Source of the DNA: Lingula anatina
Taxonomy: Eukaryota; Animalia; Brachiopoda
Direction: 5' to 3'
Length of the DNA stretch: 64,000 nt
Assembly: GCA_051362555.1 (NCBI GenBank)
Contig: CM120641.1
Coordinates: 31,750,401-31,814,400, forward strand
The notes beneath the pieces are model-generated. The model did no database searches. It was not told where the DNA came from and saw only the letters and a program-made list of their open reading frames with translations. Positions 25,501 to 37,900 of the stretch are shown here, in pieces. The position numbers were made by a program, and so were the translations under genes. How positions within the stretch are numbered: the stretch's first letter is position 1; every line of letters begins with the position of its first letter.

Positions 25501-28500
25501 GGCATTTTCAAGGTGTGACTTTGAAGTTCCACGGGCTTGAAAACCCATGCTAGTCACATTTTCTGAAAATACATGATACGTATATTTTATTATTAAAAAT
25601 TGATGGTCATTATGCTGTTAACCATTATGTAATATTGCATCAGAAGAGAAGAAAACACAATTTTGGGTGCTGCTGCCATGATGACCATTATGGGAAAACC
25701 ATGTTACTTATGATTGCCAAACTTTCAAAAAAGAAATACAGGACTAAAAATGCAGCCTGAGTTGGAAAAACAGTCTAATTGGCTTCTTTTTCTGGAAGTT
25801 ATACATTTTCAAAGTGCAAACTTGAACTCCCATGGGCCTGAAGCCTTATGCTTGTTACACATTTTACTTACATTGGTATTACCTGTTGAGCATAATTAAA
25901 ATTTGATGTTGAATTTGCAGTTTAACATAATGCACTTTTGCATCAGAATTGACAGTAGCCTATTTTGTGCATAGTTATTTCCTGCTTTTTGTCTGTACAT
26001 TTGACAGCTTTGCTGCCTTGTTTTTTTTTTTTTGTTTTTTTTTTTTGCTCCATACAAATGCGATAGTCCAGCTGGTGGTACAATACCCGCAGGCAGTATT
26101 GCCTCTCTGATTCTCTAGTAATTAAAATAATTTCACATAGTTTCCTTTTTTCTGCCATATGTATGTCATTTGAATGGAAAAAAAACTATTTTATTGTGTG
26201 GAGGCCTTGGTATGTAAGCCTACGGTAATATGCCAAACAATTCGACCAAGATTAATTAATTAATTTCATGGAAATGTCAGTTTGGTCGAATTGATTAAAA
26301 TACAGCAAATGGAAACCTTTGATATCGTCGAATCGTTAGGGGCATCTGCCAAAACATCCATCTTTCCGGAAGTATTGCATTTTACCTTAAGTGTTACGCA
26401 AGATAAGCCGCAATTTTCGCCTAACACGTGTTTCAGGCACGTTTAATCCTCCTTTTGAAATCTTATTTTGCTGTGTACAGTATGTGCTAACATTACTTAT
26501 CATTTAAAAAGACGACAGTTATAATTTTCTAATTATATATTTCCCTCACCTACGATCATTTTCATGATGTGCTTCACAAGTGGGACGAGTATTTCCCCGG
26601 AAACAGGTGTTGTAAACAAAGGCCGGTCACTTATATTTGAAACTGGTAGATTTAGTGGACTTAAACTAGTTATATGATCTACGTACGCCCTATTTGAATT
26701 TTAATATGAAAACTGAAATCAACCAAGTCTGGGATCAGTTGTTTTCAACCCGCAAGACTTGCTCAGCGTCGAGGCATAGACGTACGTACTTCTGAAGAAA
26801 ATTCAATCACCGGTATCAAAGAATACCAACTGGTACTCGAACGGAATTCAGTGTAACTTCAAATTACTTTTAAGTATTTTATTTTAAAAGCATGTCATAT
26901 TAAAACATATTGAGAAAAGGCAAAATACGTAGCCTACCTGTGCCGATAGACATACAGTATCTTGCTGGCACTCTTCTGATTTTTTTACTTTTATACTCTC
27001 GCTGTGCACAAACCACAGTGCATATTGAAAACCCCACTGATACAACCCGAACGTAAAAAAAAGCATTTAATTGCCATAATTTTCAAAAAACAGGTGCATT
27101 TATAATTTGACGTGAGAATTGAGCACATGCAGAAAAGAGAGACTGGTCTTATCTGGTCTGCTCCAGCATAGCGCAAACCACATGTTAATGAAGACGGTCC
27201 CATTTTTGGGGAGGGGGGTCACAGGAATGGAGTTCTTCGTGGATTGCGCTAAATATTATCAACATTTCATGCATCTGGGGAAATGAAAAGTGACTCACAG
27301 ATAACGTAAATACCCAGTGGAACTCTCTATGAAGCTCCCATGGAACTAAGGAAGACGTCATTTTTATTGTTGACAAATCAGTTATCCATGTAGGTGAACA
27401 GTTACATGTGTTCGTCAGATTTTGACAGCGCGTGGTATATGGCGCCAAGAAGTCTGGGCAGTCGATCCCACTGAACTTTCGGTCGATTGTAGTAAATGTA
27501 AGATCTTGCGGTGTTGACTTCAAGAACGTTTCCCCATCTGCATATATATTTCAATCGAACTTGAAAATAAATTGCTTATTCTTCCCAAACTTTTTATTGC
27601 TAGCAAACGCTATATATGGTCTATATGAAGGTGTTTACGACATATTCTACCAACTGTCTATATTTGGTTTTATCCAGAATAGACCTTTTTTTGCCCCCCC
27701 TCCAGTTACGGGCGTGATGAATCAGTCAGCAAGGGCAAGTCTGCTTAATTAGCACAAATTGTATGTCTATAAGCACTATTATTGTCATTGGGGACAAAGG
27801 AAATGACAGGTACGCCATGCTTCCAGATTAGATCTTCAATTAATTGTTTCTTCCTCATTGACGAGAGCTATTGAAAGGACAACAATTGACAAAGGGCCGA
27901 GGCATGTAGCATCTATTTCACTGGCTTGAAAACTTACCGAGTCTTGCCGACGATGTGGTCGAACAATCGGAACAAGAAAAAAATTCTGTCGCATGATTTT
28001 GACATATGGACTAAATGTTTGAGCCCAGAAAAATTAATTTTATAATATAATTTTTTTGGTCGGATTGACTGGGCCCGTCAAAATGCTTGGCACATTACCG
28101 TAGTGTGTAACAAGAGTAGCAGCACAAAACTTAGTTATTTTCTAATGATGCCTTATTATTTTCTAAATAATGCCTTGGCTGAGACCTAAACTTTGATAAA
28201 TCAGATGTATATTTCACTTTTGGAGATATCTATAAGAGGTTCTACAATGACCAATTTTGCACATGTATATAAAACCCTAAAAGCTTCTGGGGGGCTTCCT
28301 AGGTGCTCCCTGTCATTCTTTCCGACTTTTTCATTAACAGGCCTACCCAACTACCAGACTCAGCACATAAGGATCCTGAATTAACCCTTATATCGGACCA
28401 CACTACCCGTTTTCAAGGTGTGTGTCAGATCGCATTTCGGAGTATCATACCCCAGAACAATTTTTGTAGGGTGACCGCCGGCTCATCCTGTAGGTGTTCT

Positions 28501-31500
28501 GACTGATACTCCGAAATGACACACACCTTGAAAACTGGTAGTGTGGTCCAATATACCGGTTAAGTGCCGAGTCTGGTAGTTGGGTAGGCCTGATTAAATG
28601 GCAGTTTGATCACTGAAAAAAAGAGGTCTCTTCTATTGTGATATTCTTGGTTAGATATTCTTAATAACTTATCATTAGTCTGAACATTAATAAAGACCCA
28701 AGTCGATTTACCCTCCTGTAGCATGAATAACAATATAGGCCATCAATCAATTTGTTGTCATGGTCTCAGAATGTCGGCAGATAGCCAAGTTAGACCTGTT
28801 ACCAAAACAACAATCTGTTTATGCTTACTTTTCACTAAGGATGCTTACAGTTTTTTTCTGTATAAAAGAAGAACAGTATAACAAAGTAACTTAAATCACA
28901 AGTAAGGTTATTACCTACAAGTGATTTTTTTTTTTTTTTTTTTTGGCACAACCAAACCCAGTATCAAAGAATCGTAATAAATATTTTCAGTTTCATTCTT
29001 TTCCCCCAGGTGACAAAATTCCAGGAGGAGCCACTTTAATGTTTGATGTAGAGTGTGTTGGTATTGAGGACGGACCAAAACCACAGAACATCTTCAAGGA
29101 TATTGATGAAAACAAAGATAACAAGCTTTCCCCTGATGAGGTAAAGTCAGAAATAAATGTATTGAACAAAGATATATTTCATATAAGTATAAAAGAGGTT
29201 TAATTTTTATGTACAGACACAGATATGACTGTACATTTAGCCGTTACCTGCGTTTGTCGTCACTGTCGTTGCCTTGCACTTTCACACCGATAACACGATG
29301 AGTGGAAAACCATGTCAAAAGTGGAAATAAACTCATATCATTGCATTTTGTCAGATTCAATCATTCACTATGTTCAGAATCTCATCATGGTTCAAATTGG
29401 ACATTTAGAATTGTTCTGTTAATATTTTTCCCATCTGAATAATTTTTTTACTTGACTATACAAAAATTCAGTAAATTGATCAAATTGTTTTATGTAAAAA
29501 AAAAAACATTGAAAATGGAAAGAAATACATTTCAGTACAGTTCTCTCTTGTGTACAAATTGGCATTTTCAAGGCGACTTAGAAATTTCATGAGCCTTAAG
29601 ACTTTTGCTAGTCACATTTTTAAAAATATCCATGTTACCTGCAGTGCATTATTAAAGATTGGTGGTGATTATGCTGTTAAGCATTATGTAATATTGCATA
29701 AAAATTGAAGAAAACCTTATTTTGGGCACTGCCACTATGGTTACCATTAAAGGAAAACCATGTCACTAAGACCCCATTTCCAGAGAATAGATTGATCTAC
29801 TTTAGATCGACCTAACTCCCTGGGGGTTCACGCTAAATAGCTGTCAGCCGAGTGGATACGAAAGTTAATTACCCTCTTACAGCTTGTAGTAGGCGGGACG
29901 GACATTTAAGCCGGATTATCTGACAGTAATCTAGTGAGACTCCCCACGGGCATAGATCGATCTAAAAGCTCTGGGAATGCAGCCTTACTCTTTTCAAACT
30001 TACAGGAAAGTAACATAGGAATTAAATACAGCTTTAGCTGGAAAACAAGTCTGATTGGTTGATTTTTCTGGAAGTTATACAGGTTTTTGTGAAATTTTCA
30101 TTTTTCACATATTGGCATTTTCAAGGTGTGACTTTGAACTTCTGTGGGCTTGAAGACCTTTGATAGTCACATTTTCTGAATACCCATAATACCTTTATTT
30201 TATTATCAGTGTTCCCAAAAATCCATCGGGCAGCTGAACATGTCTGCCATAAATTTTAAATGTCTGATGTGTAATGTCAGCATGTTGGTCACAGTGTGTA
30301 TGCTATCGGATGACAGAGCATATATGTGACAGCTCAAAATTGAATAAAGCATTATTAAGCCAACAACCTATGCAAAAAATCTTGGTGTATTTTTAGATGC
30401 ATCGCTTTGCATGAACAAACATATTGCCAGTGTATGCAGGTCAGCGGTTTTTAACATAAGGAACATAAGTGCAATTCGCAATCAGTTGTCTGACTCTGCT
30501 GCAGCCACAGTCATAAATTGTTTAGTTACATCTCGATTAGATTACTGCAACTCCATTTTATATGGTTGTCCAAAGAAACAAATTGCCAGACTGCAGCATA
30601 TTCAAAATATTTCGGCCAGATTATTAACTCGGACATCCACAAGCATACACATCTCCCCAGTTTTAAAAAGTTTACACTGGCTACCTCTACAAGCCAGAAT
30701 TTTATTCAAATTTTTAGTTTTTACTCACGATGCTTTTTATGGATTGGCACCAATCTACATCAATGAATTAGTTAGTCACTATGTTCCAATGCGAAATCTG
30801 CGGTCTGTAGACCAATTGCTACTCAACCCAGTAAAAATGCGATTAAAAACCTACGGTGATATATCTTTTAAAGCTGCAGGTCCAAAGGAATGGAATCTAT
30901 TACCGCTGGAAATCCGAGCAATTCAGTCTACCAAACATTTTAAAAAAGAACTCAAAACATACCTTTTTAGGAAATATTTTGATTAACTCTTAATTGGTTT
31001 TATAAATCTTGTATTAATTGCATTTAATTGTATGGAATAATGGCTGTTTTACCTATATTTTATTTATGATATTTTATGTAGTATTATTTATGATATTTTA
31101 TGTAAAGTCTACTGAACATTTTAAATGGATTTTAGACTTAAAATAAAATATATCTGAAGATGCAACTCTCTTAACAAGCTTGTCAATGTCTGTGTATGAG
31201 TGCTTTAAACTTTGGGATATACAGAAGGTATAAATTTTTTTAAAATTTACTGTAACGAATGAGATATATAGTGTACGAGTTTACAGACTTTCTCTGAAAT
31301 CTTGAAATGCAGGTTTAGGTAATATTGTTAAATTGAAAACAAAATTCCATAAAAAGAAGACTGTTTTACTTGTTATACTTGAAGAGGTAATTTGTAGAAC
31401 TAAAAGCTTCGAGTTCCAAAAATTGCCTTTAGGGATTAATAACATTTTATTAAGTTATCAATTTTTTTGTGTTCTTTACATCTGACTTTCAAGAACAAAG

Positions 31501-32144
31501 TTAACTTCCAATACTAACTGATGAGCAAATTCACATTATATCCTATACTAAAACATAGATATCCTTATGTGTCAAAATGATGCATTCTTGACCTCTTAAA
31601 ACAGTCTGATTTCAGCAAGCATTATGGCCCATACTTTCATTTGAAATTCAATAGAAAGTTGTTTTAAAATTTCAGTTCTGACCAAGTTTCAAGGTATTGC
31701 TTGTTACTGCGAAAAATTGCAACTAAGATAAATATAAGCAACCAAAATAAAATTGATATTGTATACAGCCTTAAGCTTGTTGCATGCTTTTTCTTTACTG
31801 TTCTAGTGTATACGTTTTTTCATTTACTGACTTGGAATTCTTTGATCAGTTCTGTTGAATGCATATAAATATGATATTGCCCGTTTTTCAATTTTTAGTA
31901 GGCATTTTTTTACTGTTTTTTATTGTTTATAATTTAACAAACATACTTGTCAATCTTTAAAATTAATTATGTACTTCAGGTTTCTGATTTCATCAAGAAA
32001 CAAATGGCAGAGACCGGTAGTGAGATGCCAGGAGAGAAGGAGCATAATGACATGGTGGCAGACATCTTTAAACATGAAGACAAGGACAGGGATGGTGTTA
32101 TATCATTTGAGGAATTTAGTGGACCAAAACACGATGAACTTTAA
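18804..32144 (+). CDS. FKBP14: ER-resident FKBP-type peptidyl-prolyl isomerase with two EF-hands (FKBP14/FKBP7 ortholog), 214 aa, complete
   Basis: Exons 18804-19006, 22598-22743, 29010-29140 and 31980-32144 total 645 nt, GT-AG, with consistent phases. The product has an N-terminal signal peptide, an FKBP domain ([64 protein letters not shown]), EF-hands [12 protein letters not shown] and [12 protein letters not shown], and C-terminal HDEL. Confidence 0.95.
21731..22063. mobile_element. Kolobok-like MITE, 333 bp
   Basis: TTAA|AGGGATAATAAC ... GTTATTATCCCT|TTAA. Confidence 0.85.
22541..22583. repeat. (ATTT)n microsatellite just upstream of the FKBP exon 2 acceptor
   Basis: Direct reading. 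Confidence 0.9.
22598..22743 (+). CDS. FKBP14: FKBP14-like exon 2
   Basis: TTTCAG| acceptor, G|GTAACT donor, 146 nt. Confidence 0.95.
23829..24144. mobile_element. MITE with 22-bp TIRs and 3-bp TSD ATT
   Basis: ATT|GGGAGCATTTACATCAAGAAGA ... TCTTCTTGATGTGAATGCTCCC|ATT, inserted in a 146-bp monomer. Confidence 0.82.
24381..26020 (+). mobile_element. HINE-1, apparently full-length (1640 bp), nested in a HINE-2 copy
   Basis: TTTTT|ATGTACAGACAcagaTGTGTCTGTACAT ... TGTCTGTACATttgaCAGCtttGCTGccttg|TTTT, DINE-1/HINE architecture. Confidence 0.85.
26223..28100. mobile_element. Non-autonomous TIR element, TA-flanked, about 1.9 kb
   Basis: TA|CGGTAATATGCCAAACA ... TGCTTGGCACATTACCG|TA. Confidence 0.75.
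28338..28592. mobile_element. Foldback MITE with 5-bp TSD ATTAA
   Basis: ATTAA|CAGGCCTACCCAACTACCAGACTC ... GAGTCTGGTAGTTGGGTAGGCCTG|ATTAA; most of its length is palindromic. Confidence 0.88.
29010..29140 (+). CDS. FKBP14: FKBP14-like exon 3
   Basis: CCCCCAG| acceptor, GAG|GTAAAG donor, 131 nt. Confidence 0.95.
29209..30205 (+). mobile_element. HINE-1 5' portion
   Basis: 5' palindrome at 29209; interior homologous to the 24381 copy. Confidence 0.7.
29770..29984. mobile_element. PIF/Harbinger-like (Tourist-type) MITE; relatives at about 7850-8127 and 41105-41205
   Basis: TAA|GACCCCATTTCCAGAG ... CTCTGGGAATGCAGCC|TTA, with internal TAGATCGATC palindromes shared by the three copies. Confidence 0.65.
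30350..31150 (+). mobile_element. 5'-truncated L2-clade LINE (C-terminal ORF2 and 3' UTR)
   Basis: ORF 30411..30986 with [57 protein letters not shown]; A-rich tail. Confidence 0.9.
31980..32144 (+). CDS. FKBP14: FKBP14-like exon 4 (EF-hand 2, HDEL, stop)
   Basis: CTTCAG| acceptor, ends HDEL-TAA. Confidence 0.95.
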   Translation, partial: VSDFIKKQMAETGSEMPGEKEHNDMVADIFKHEDKDRDGVISFEEFSGPKHDEL

Positions 32145-33237
32145 TGCCTTTAAGCTGTGATAAATCTGAGTAGAAATTATGTTGAATTTTTAGCGGAATT
32201 GAAATTGGCATATGTTTTACTGCAGTTATACTTAAATGAACTGTTCTCAAAATTGTGAAATATATCAAGCTGTATTTCTGGTTCATATTCAGTTTTCTTA
32301 ATAATTTTGCCAATTAAAACATCAAGATCTAGTGGTTTGCAGTAACATTGGTGAATAGAATTCAAAATTAACAAGTGTGCTGCTGATCGAGACATTTGTT
32401 TACTGTAATAATAATCTCAATTTTAAAGGTGCTGACTTTTCATGTGAGTAAACTACCACAAGTATGATGTACATAACATTTATGTTCATATTGTCATCAT
32501 CACTATAATATGCATAGAAGTATGGTTATTCTGGATGTTAAACCTCAGAATTAAATATATGTATTTAGGTGCCTGTTTAGTTTATTTTTACAAAATATTC
32601 ATGTAGATAATGAATTATGAAATTATGCATTAAATTGAGATTGGTTTTAAGGCATCTTTAAAACTATACCATGCAGGATATATTATTTTTAAGAAGTATT
32701 ATGCAAAACTATTGTCTGTTACAATATATTCCAATATTGTGCTGTTTTCAAAATTAGAACCCTCATTTCAATTTTGTGGAAAGTATGAGAAGCAAAAGAT
32801 ATGATACTTATGAAAAATGCCATTTAGTAGTCACAGTCAGCATATCTCTGTCTTTTGAGATGTAATAAAATGCACATTTTTAAATATCTCTGAAAGGTTG
32901 TAGGAAATGAGCGTTTTTTACATTGCATATTATATCTTGATGCATGGTACAACTGTAGTTGTGTTTTGACAACTTATAGTATAGTATTCACTCTTTGAGC
33001 AAGGTTATCAAACAGTATGTCTTCTTACCATTCTACACCTCTCTTTCAGCTGGGCAACTTTGTACATTTTAATGTTCATAAAAAAATTGAAAGATTTCTG
33101 CAAAATGTGTAAGGTAACATTGTCTGAAGTTGCATTTACCGGCCCTTATTCTTCCATTTGTGACTATGTATATGAAAAACTACTGGAATTCAAATACACA
33201 TTTTTATTTGTACATGTGTTCACAAACATGATATTCA

Positions 33238-33243
33238 AATAAA
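33238..33243 (+). terminator. Candidate polyadenylation signal of the FKBP14-like gene
   Basis: AATAAA about 1.1 kb after the stop, followed by a T-rich tract; an alternative AATAAA is at 32864. Confidence 0.4.
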
Positions 33244-33684
33244 AAAGTTATGAATTAATTATTTTTTCTTTACAGTATGCCTTGTAATATTGTACTACCA
33301 GCATGAGCGCTTGGGATGCTAGCACATATGGTTTTCCCTTGACAAGTCTCGGCCACCAGCTCACACTTGTGTGCCTGATTTGGTCTAAAAGTGTGTGGTG
33401 CACTTGAACAACCAAGTCTTTCCTTGCTTTGAAATTAACTGAGATTCTGAACCGCTCCCCGTCAATTAGGACTTACTTGACAGGAAACCACCCTTTACTA
33501 CTTACACAATGGTCCTCTGCTTGGTTGCCATCCTCGCCTGGCTGAATAAAAAGTCACTCCAAGTTTGACTGAATGTTTGAGGCAAGATGATTCCATTTAA
33601 GTGAAAGTCCATCAAAATATTCATATTACCCACTGTAATTTACGTAGATCAGTTTTGAACTTATAATCAGAGTTGGTATAGTTA

Positions 33685-34350
33685 GTACCACCAGTTTGAA
33701 CGCTGGCGGTACTCGTGGTTTTAGTCCCGCCTGTCTCATGCGGCTCCATTAGTTCTGCTGGCTATAGTTCTGGCACAGGATACAAGCCACCGTTACCGTT
33801 TCTCCTCCTCGACCACAAGGACCTGTGTGCCCATCTGTTGGATTTAGGTCACATATAATCTCAACTTGAACCCCTTTTTTTTTTTTGTTTTGTTTTGTTT
33901 GTCTTAGTTGGTGCATTGGCCTGGGTATGACACTCGTTGAAATGCACCCTTGTCAACATTTTTGACAATTCAATGCTAAATGTCTTTCAAACCAAAGGAA
34001 TTGTGGGAAAATTATTACAAAAGTCTTGACTAAAAGTCGTGTGGAGATTTCAAATATGCCCCTGGATTTGACCTTTAATTCAAGGTCAAATGGGCCAAAA
34101 TTTTCTAAAAATGGGAATTTTCTGCAAAAAAAAATTTCTTTGTGCCAATTTTCAGAAACTACACAGACCTAAGCTCTCATATTATTTGAGGGGTTACCAT
34201 TAGGGACTCCTTTCATCTTTGGGAGCTTGGGGTCAATCGGTGTATTTTCACGGGAGAAGCAGCCGTAAGATGCCAAAACTAAAAACTCTGTCTTATTTTG
34301 GAATTGAAATGCTAGAGACCATTTATTTCTTGCATTTTGTAGAGCATGTC
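33685..34350 (+). mobile_element. HINE-2 5' portion
   Basis: GTACCACCAG..GCTGGCGGTAC..GGTTTTAGTCCC start; homologous to the reverse complement of 38560-39236. Confidence 0.75.
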
Positions 34351-34984
34351 AATAATTTACATTATAAACGTATCTATACGGGCTGGAATATTCCCAAATA
34401 CTAGGAAAAATGCTACAGAGTTACACCAATCTACAAAGATGAAGACAAGCTAGACTGTGGAAACTACAGACCAATCTCAATCCTACCTGCACTGTCCAAA
34501 CTGATTGAACGTCATGTGCATGATGCCTTCTATAAATACCTGACATCTCACTCTGCTCAGTCTGGCTTCCGAAAGTCCTTTTCATGTGAAACGGCCTTAA
34601 CATATATAACAACCAAACAGGCAACTACTATTGACAAAAATCATATGAATGGTGTCATCCTTTTAGACCTGAGGAAAGCATTTGACTTAGTAGACTATCA
34701 AGTCCTACTTAAAAAGCTGCAGGTGCACAAATGTGATGAGCAAGCACTCTCAGGGTTTACATCATATCTCACAAGCAGACAATATTTAAAAATGAAATAT
34801 CTGAACCTGTACCAATCACTTGTGGAGTCTCCTAAGGCTCCAACTTAGGGCCTTTATTTTTTATCATTTTCATTAATCATTTAATGACCTGCCACTTCGT
34901 ATTGATAATGGAGAAATTAATATGTATCCTGATGACTCTACAATTACCATCACTGATAAATCTGTACCAGAACTGAATATCAAA

Positions 34985-37900
34985 CTAGAGGATCAGAGAG
35001 GCGATACCGCCTCCGAATATTGTACCACCAGCTGGAGCAAGCGCATTCGTATAGACCCCCACATACACAAAATAAGGGACACAGCCACCAGTCTTATGCT
35101 TGACAAGCTATAAAAATGCAATCAACAAGAATTTTCAAAATACGCAAAAAATATATATAACTTAAAATGGTACAATCAAAGTTAAGTTCATCGTAAGGTA
35201 GGTCAAAGGTCAATTTCAAGGTCACAGTAAATTGCCAGTATATGACTTCCTATTCAACTTCAATAGTAACTATTGACCTATCTCTGCCAGGTTTGGAGTT
35301 AAAAGAGAAAGAAATTAGCAGAGTTCAGTTCATGATTATAAGTAGGTCAAAGGTCAATTTCAAGGTCACACTTAGATTGCCAGTATATGACTTCCTATTC
35401 AAGTTCAATAGTAACTATGGACCTATCTCGCTAGTTTTGGAAATAAAAGGGAAGCAAAATTTGCAAAGTTCAGTTCATGGTGAAAAGTAGGTCAAAGGTC
35501 AATTTTAAGGTCACATTTAGATTGCCAGTATGTGACTTCCTATTCAACTTCAATAGTAACTATGAAACTATCTCTGCCAGTTTTGGAGATAAAAGGGAAG
35601 CAAAATTTGCAAAGTTCAGTTCATGGTGAAAAGTAGGTCAAAGGTCAATTTCAAGGTCACATTTAGATTGCCAGTATATGACTTCATATTCAAGTTCAAT
35701 AGAAAGTATGGACCTATCTCTGCCAGTTTTGGAGATAAAAGGGAGGCAAAATTTGCAAAGTTCAGTTCATGGTGAAAAGTAGGTCAAAGGTCAATTTCAA
35801 GGTCACAGTAAGATTGCCAGTACATGACTTCCTATTCAACTTCAATAGTAACTATGGACTTATCTCTGCCAGTTTTGGAGATATAAGGGACTAAATGTTA
35901 TAAATTTGGAGTTACCATAATGTGCCATAAATTTCCTACGGAAAAAATTAATTAAAATTAAGAAAAGGTCATTTTGGTAAAAATTCTTGAAATGGGAGGT
36001 GCTCTGAAGTTCCAGATGTTCAAAATTGATGAAATAATGTCATTTTCGACCACAAGTTGCCTGCTTTGCCAAGCCTTATGTTTTATTTTTCCGGAGTTCA
36101 AAATTTATTATCCATTACCGTACTGCACATTTTGCTTTAACCACCAAAATGTACTTTTTGATACAGCGTAACTTTGGAGATAAAAGGGAAGCAAAATTTG
36201 CAAAGTTCAGTTCATGATGAAAAGTAGGTCAAAGGTCAATTTCAAGGTCACAGAAAGATTGCCAGTATATGACTTCCTATTCAAGTTCAATAGTAACTAT
36301 GGACCTATCTCTGCCAGTTTTGGAGATAAAAGGGAACCAAAATTTGCAAAGTTCAATTCATGATAAAAAGTAGGTCAAAGGTCAATTTCAAGGTCACATT
36401 TAGATTGCCAGTATATGACTTCCTATTCAACTTTTACAGTAACTATGGACCTATCTCTGCCAGTTTTGGAGATAAAAGGGAAGCAAAATTTGCAAAGTTC
36501 AGTTCATGGTGAAAAGTAGGTCAAAGGTCAATTTTAAGGTCACATTTAGATTGCCGATATATGACTTCCTATTCAACTTCAATAGTAACTATGAACCTAT
36601 CTCTGCTAGTTTTGGAGATAAAAGGGAAGCAAAATTTGCAAAGTTCAGTTCATGGTGAAAAGTAGGTCAAAGGTCAATTTCAAGGTCACATTTAGATTGC
36701 CAATATATGACTTCATATTCAAGTTCAATAGAAAGTATGGACCTATCTCTGCCAGTTTTGGAGATAGAAGGGAGGCAAAATTTGCAAAGTTCAGTTCATG
36801 GTGAAAAGTAGGTCAAAGGTCAATTTCAAGGTCACAGTAAGATTGCCAGTACATGACTTCCTATTCAACTTCAATAGTAATTATGGACTTATCTCTGCCA
36901 GTTTTGGAGATATAAGGGACTAAATGTGATAATTTTGGAGTTACCATAATGTGCCATAAATTTCCTACGGAAAAAATTAATTAAAATAAAGAAAAGGTCA
37001 TTTTGGTAAAAATTCTTGAAATGGGAGGTGCTCTGAAGTTCCAGATGTTCAAATTTCATGAAATAATGTCATTTTCGACCACAAGTTGCCTGCTTTGCCA
37101 AGCCTTATGTTTTATTTTTCCGGAGTTCAAAATTTATTATCCATTACCGTACTGCACATTTTGCTTTAACCACCAAAATGTACTTTTTGATACAGCGTAA
37201 CTTTGGAGATAAAAGGGAAGCAAAATTTGCAAAGTTCAGTTCATGATGAAAAGTAGGTCAAAGGTCAATTTCAAGGTCACAGTAAGATTGCCAGTATATG
37301 ACTTCCTATTCAAGTTCAATAGTAACTATGGATTTATCTCTGCCAGTTTTGGAGATAAAAGGGAAGCAAAATTTGCAAAGTTCAATTCATGATAAAAAGT
37401 AGGTCAAAGGTCAATTTCAAGGTCACAGTAAGATTGCCAGTATATGACTTCCTATTCAACTTCAACAGTAACTATGGACCTATCTCTGCCAGGTTTGGAG
37501 TTAAAAGAGAAAGAAATTAGCAAAGTTCAGTTCATGGTGTAATGTAGGTCAAAGGTCAATTTTAAGGTCACATTTAGATTGCCAGTATATGACTTCCTAT
37601 TCAACTTCAATAGTAACTATGGACCTATCTCTGCTAGTTTTGGAGATAAAAGGGAAGCAAAATTTGCAAAGTTCAGTTCATGGTGAAAAGTAGGTCAAAG
37701 GTCAATTTCAAGGTCACATTTAGATTGCCAGTATATGACTTCATATTCAAGTTCAATAGAAACTATGGACCTATCTCTGCCAGTTTTGGAGATAAAAGGG
37801 AACCAAAATTTGCAAAGTTCAATTCATGATAAAAAGTAGGTCAAAGGTCAATTTCAAGGTCACATTTTGATTGCCAGTATATGACTTCCTATTCAACTTT

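Larger units (their letters stand above)
22817..26118 (+). mobile_element. HINE-2 copy containing 146-bp monomers, a MITE and a nested HINE-1
   Basis: 5' GTACCAGGCTGGTGGTAG..ATGGTTTTAGTCCC; 3' GCTGGTGGTAC..AGGCAgtatTGCCT..CTCTAG at 26118. Confidence 0.8.

Noticed and set aside
30411-30986. 191-aa ORF as a nested host gene
   Set aside because: It is the C-terminal part of an L2 LINE ORF2, 5'-truncated and lacking the RT core
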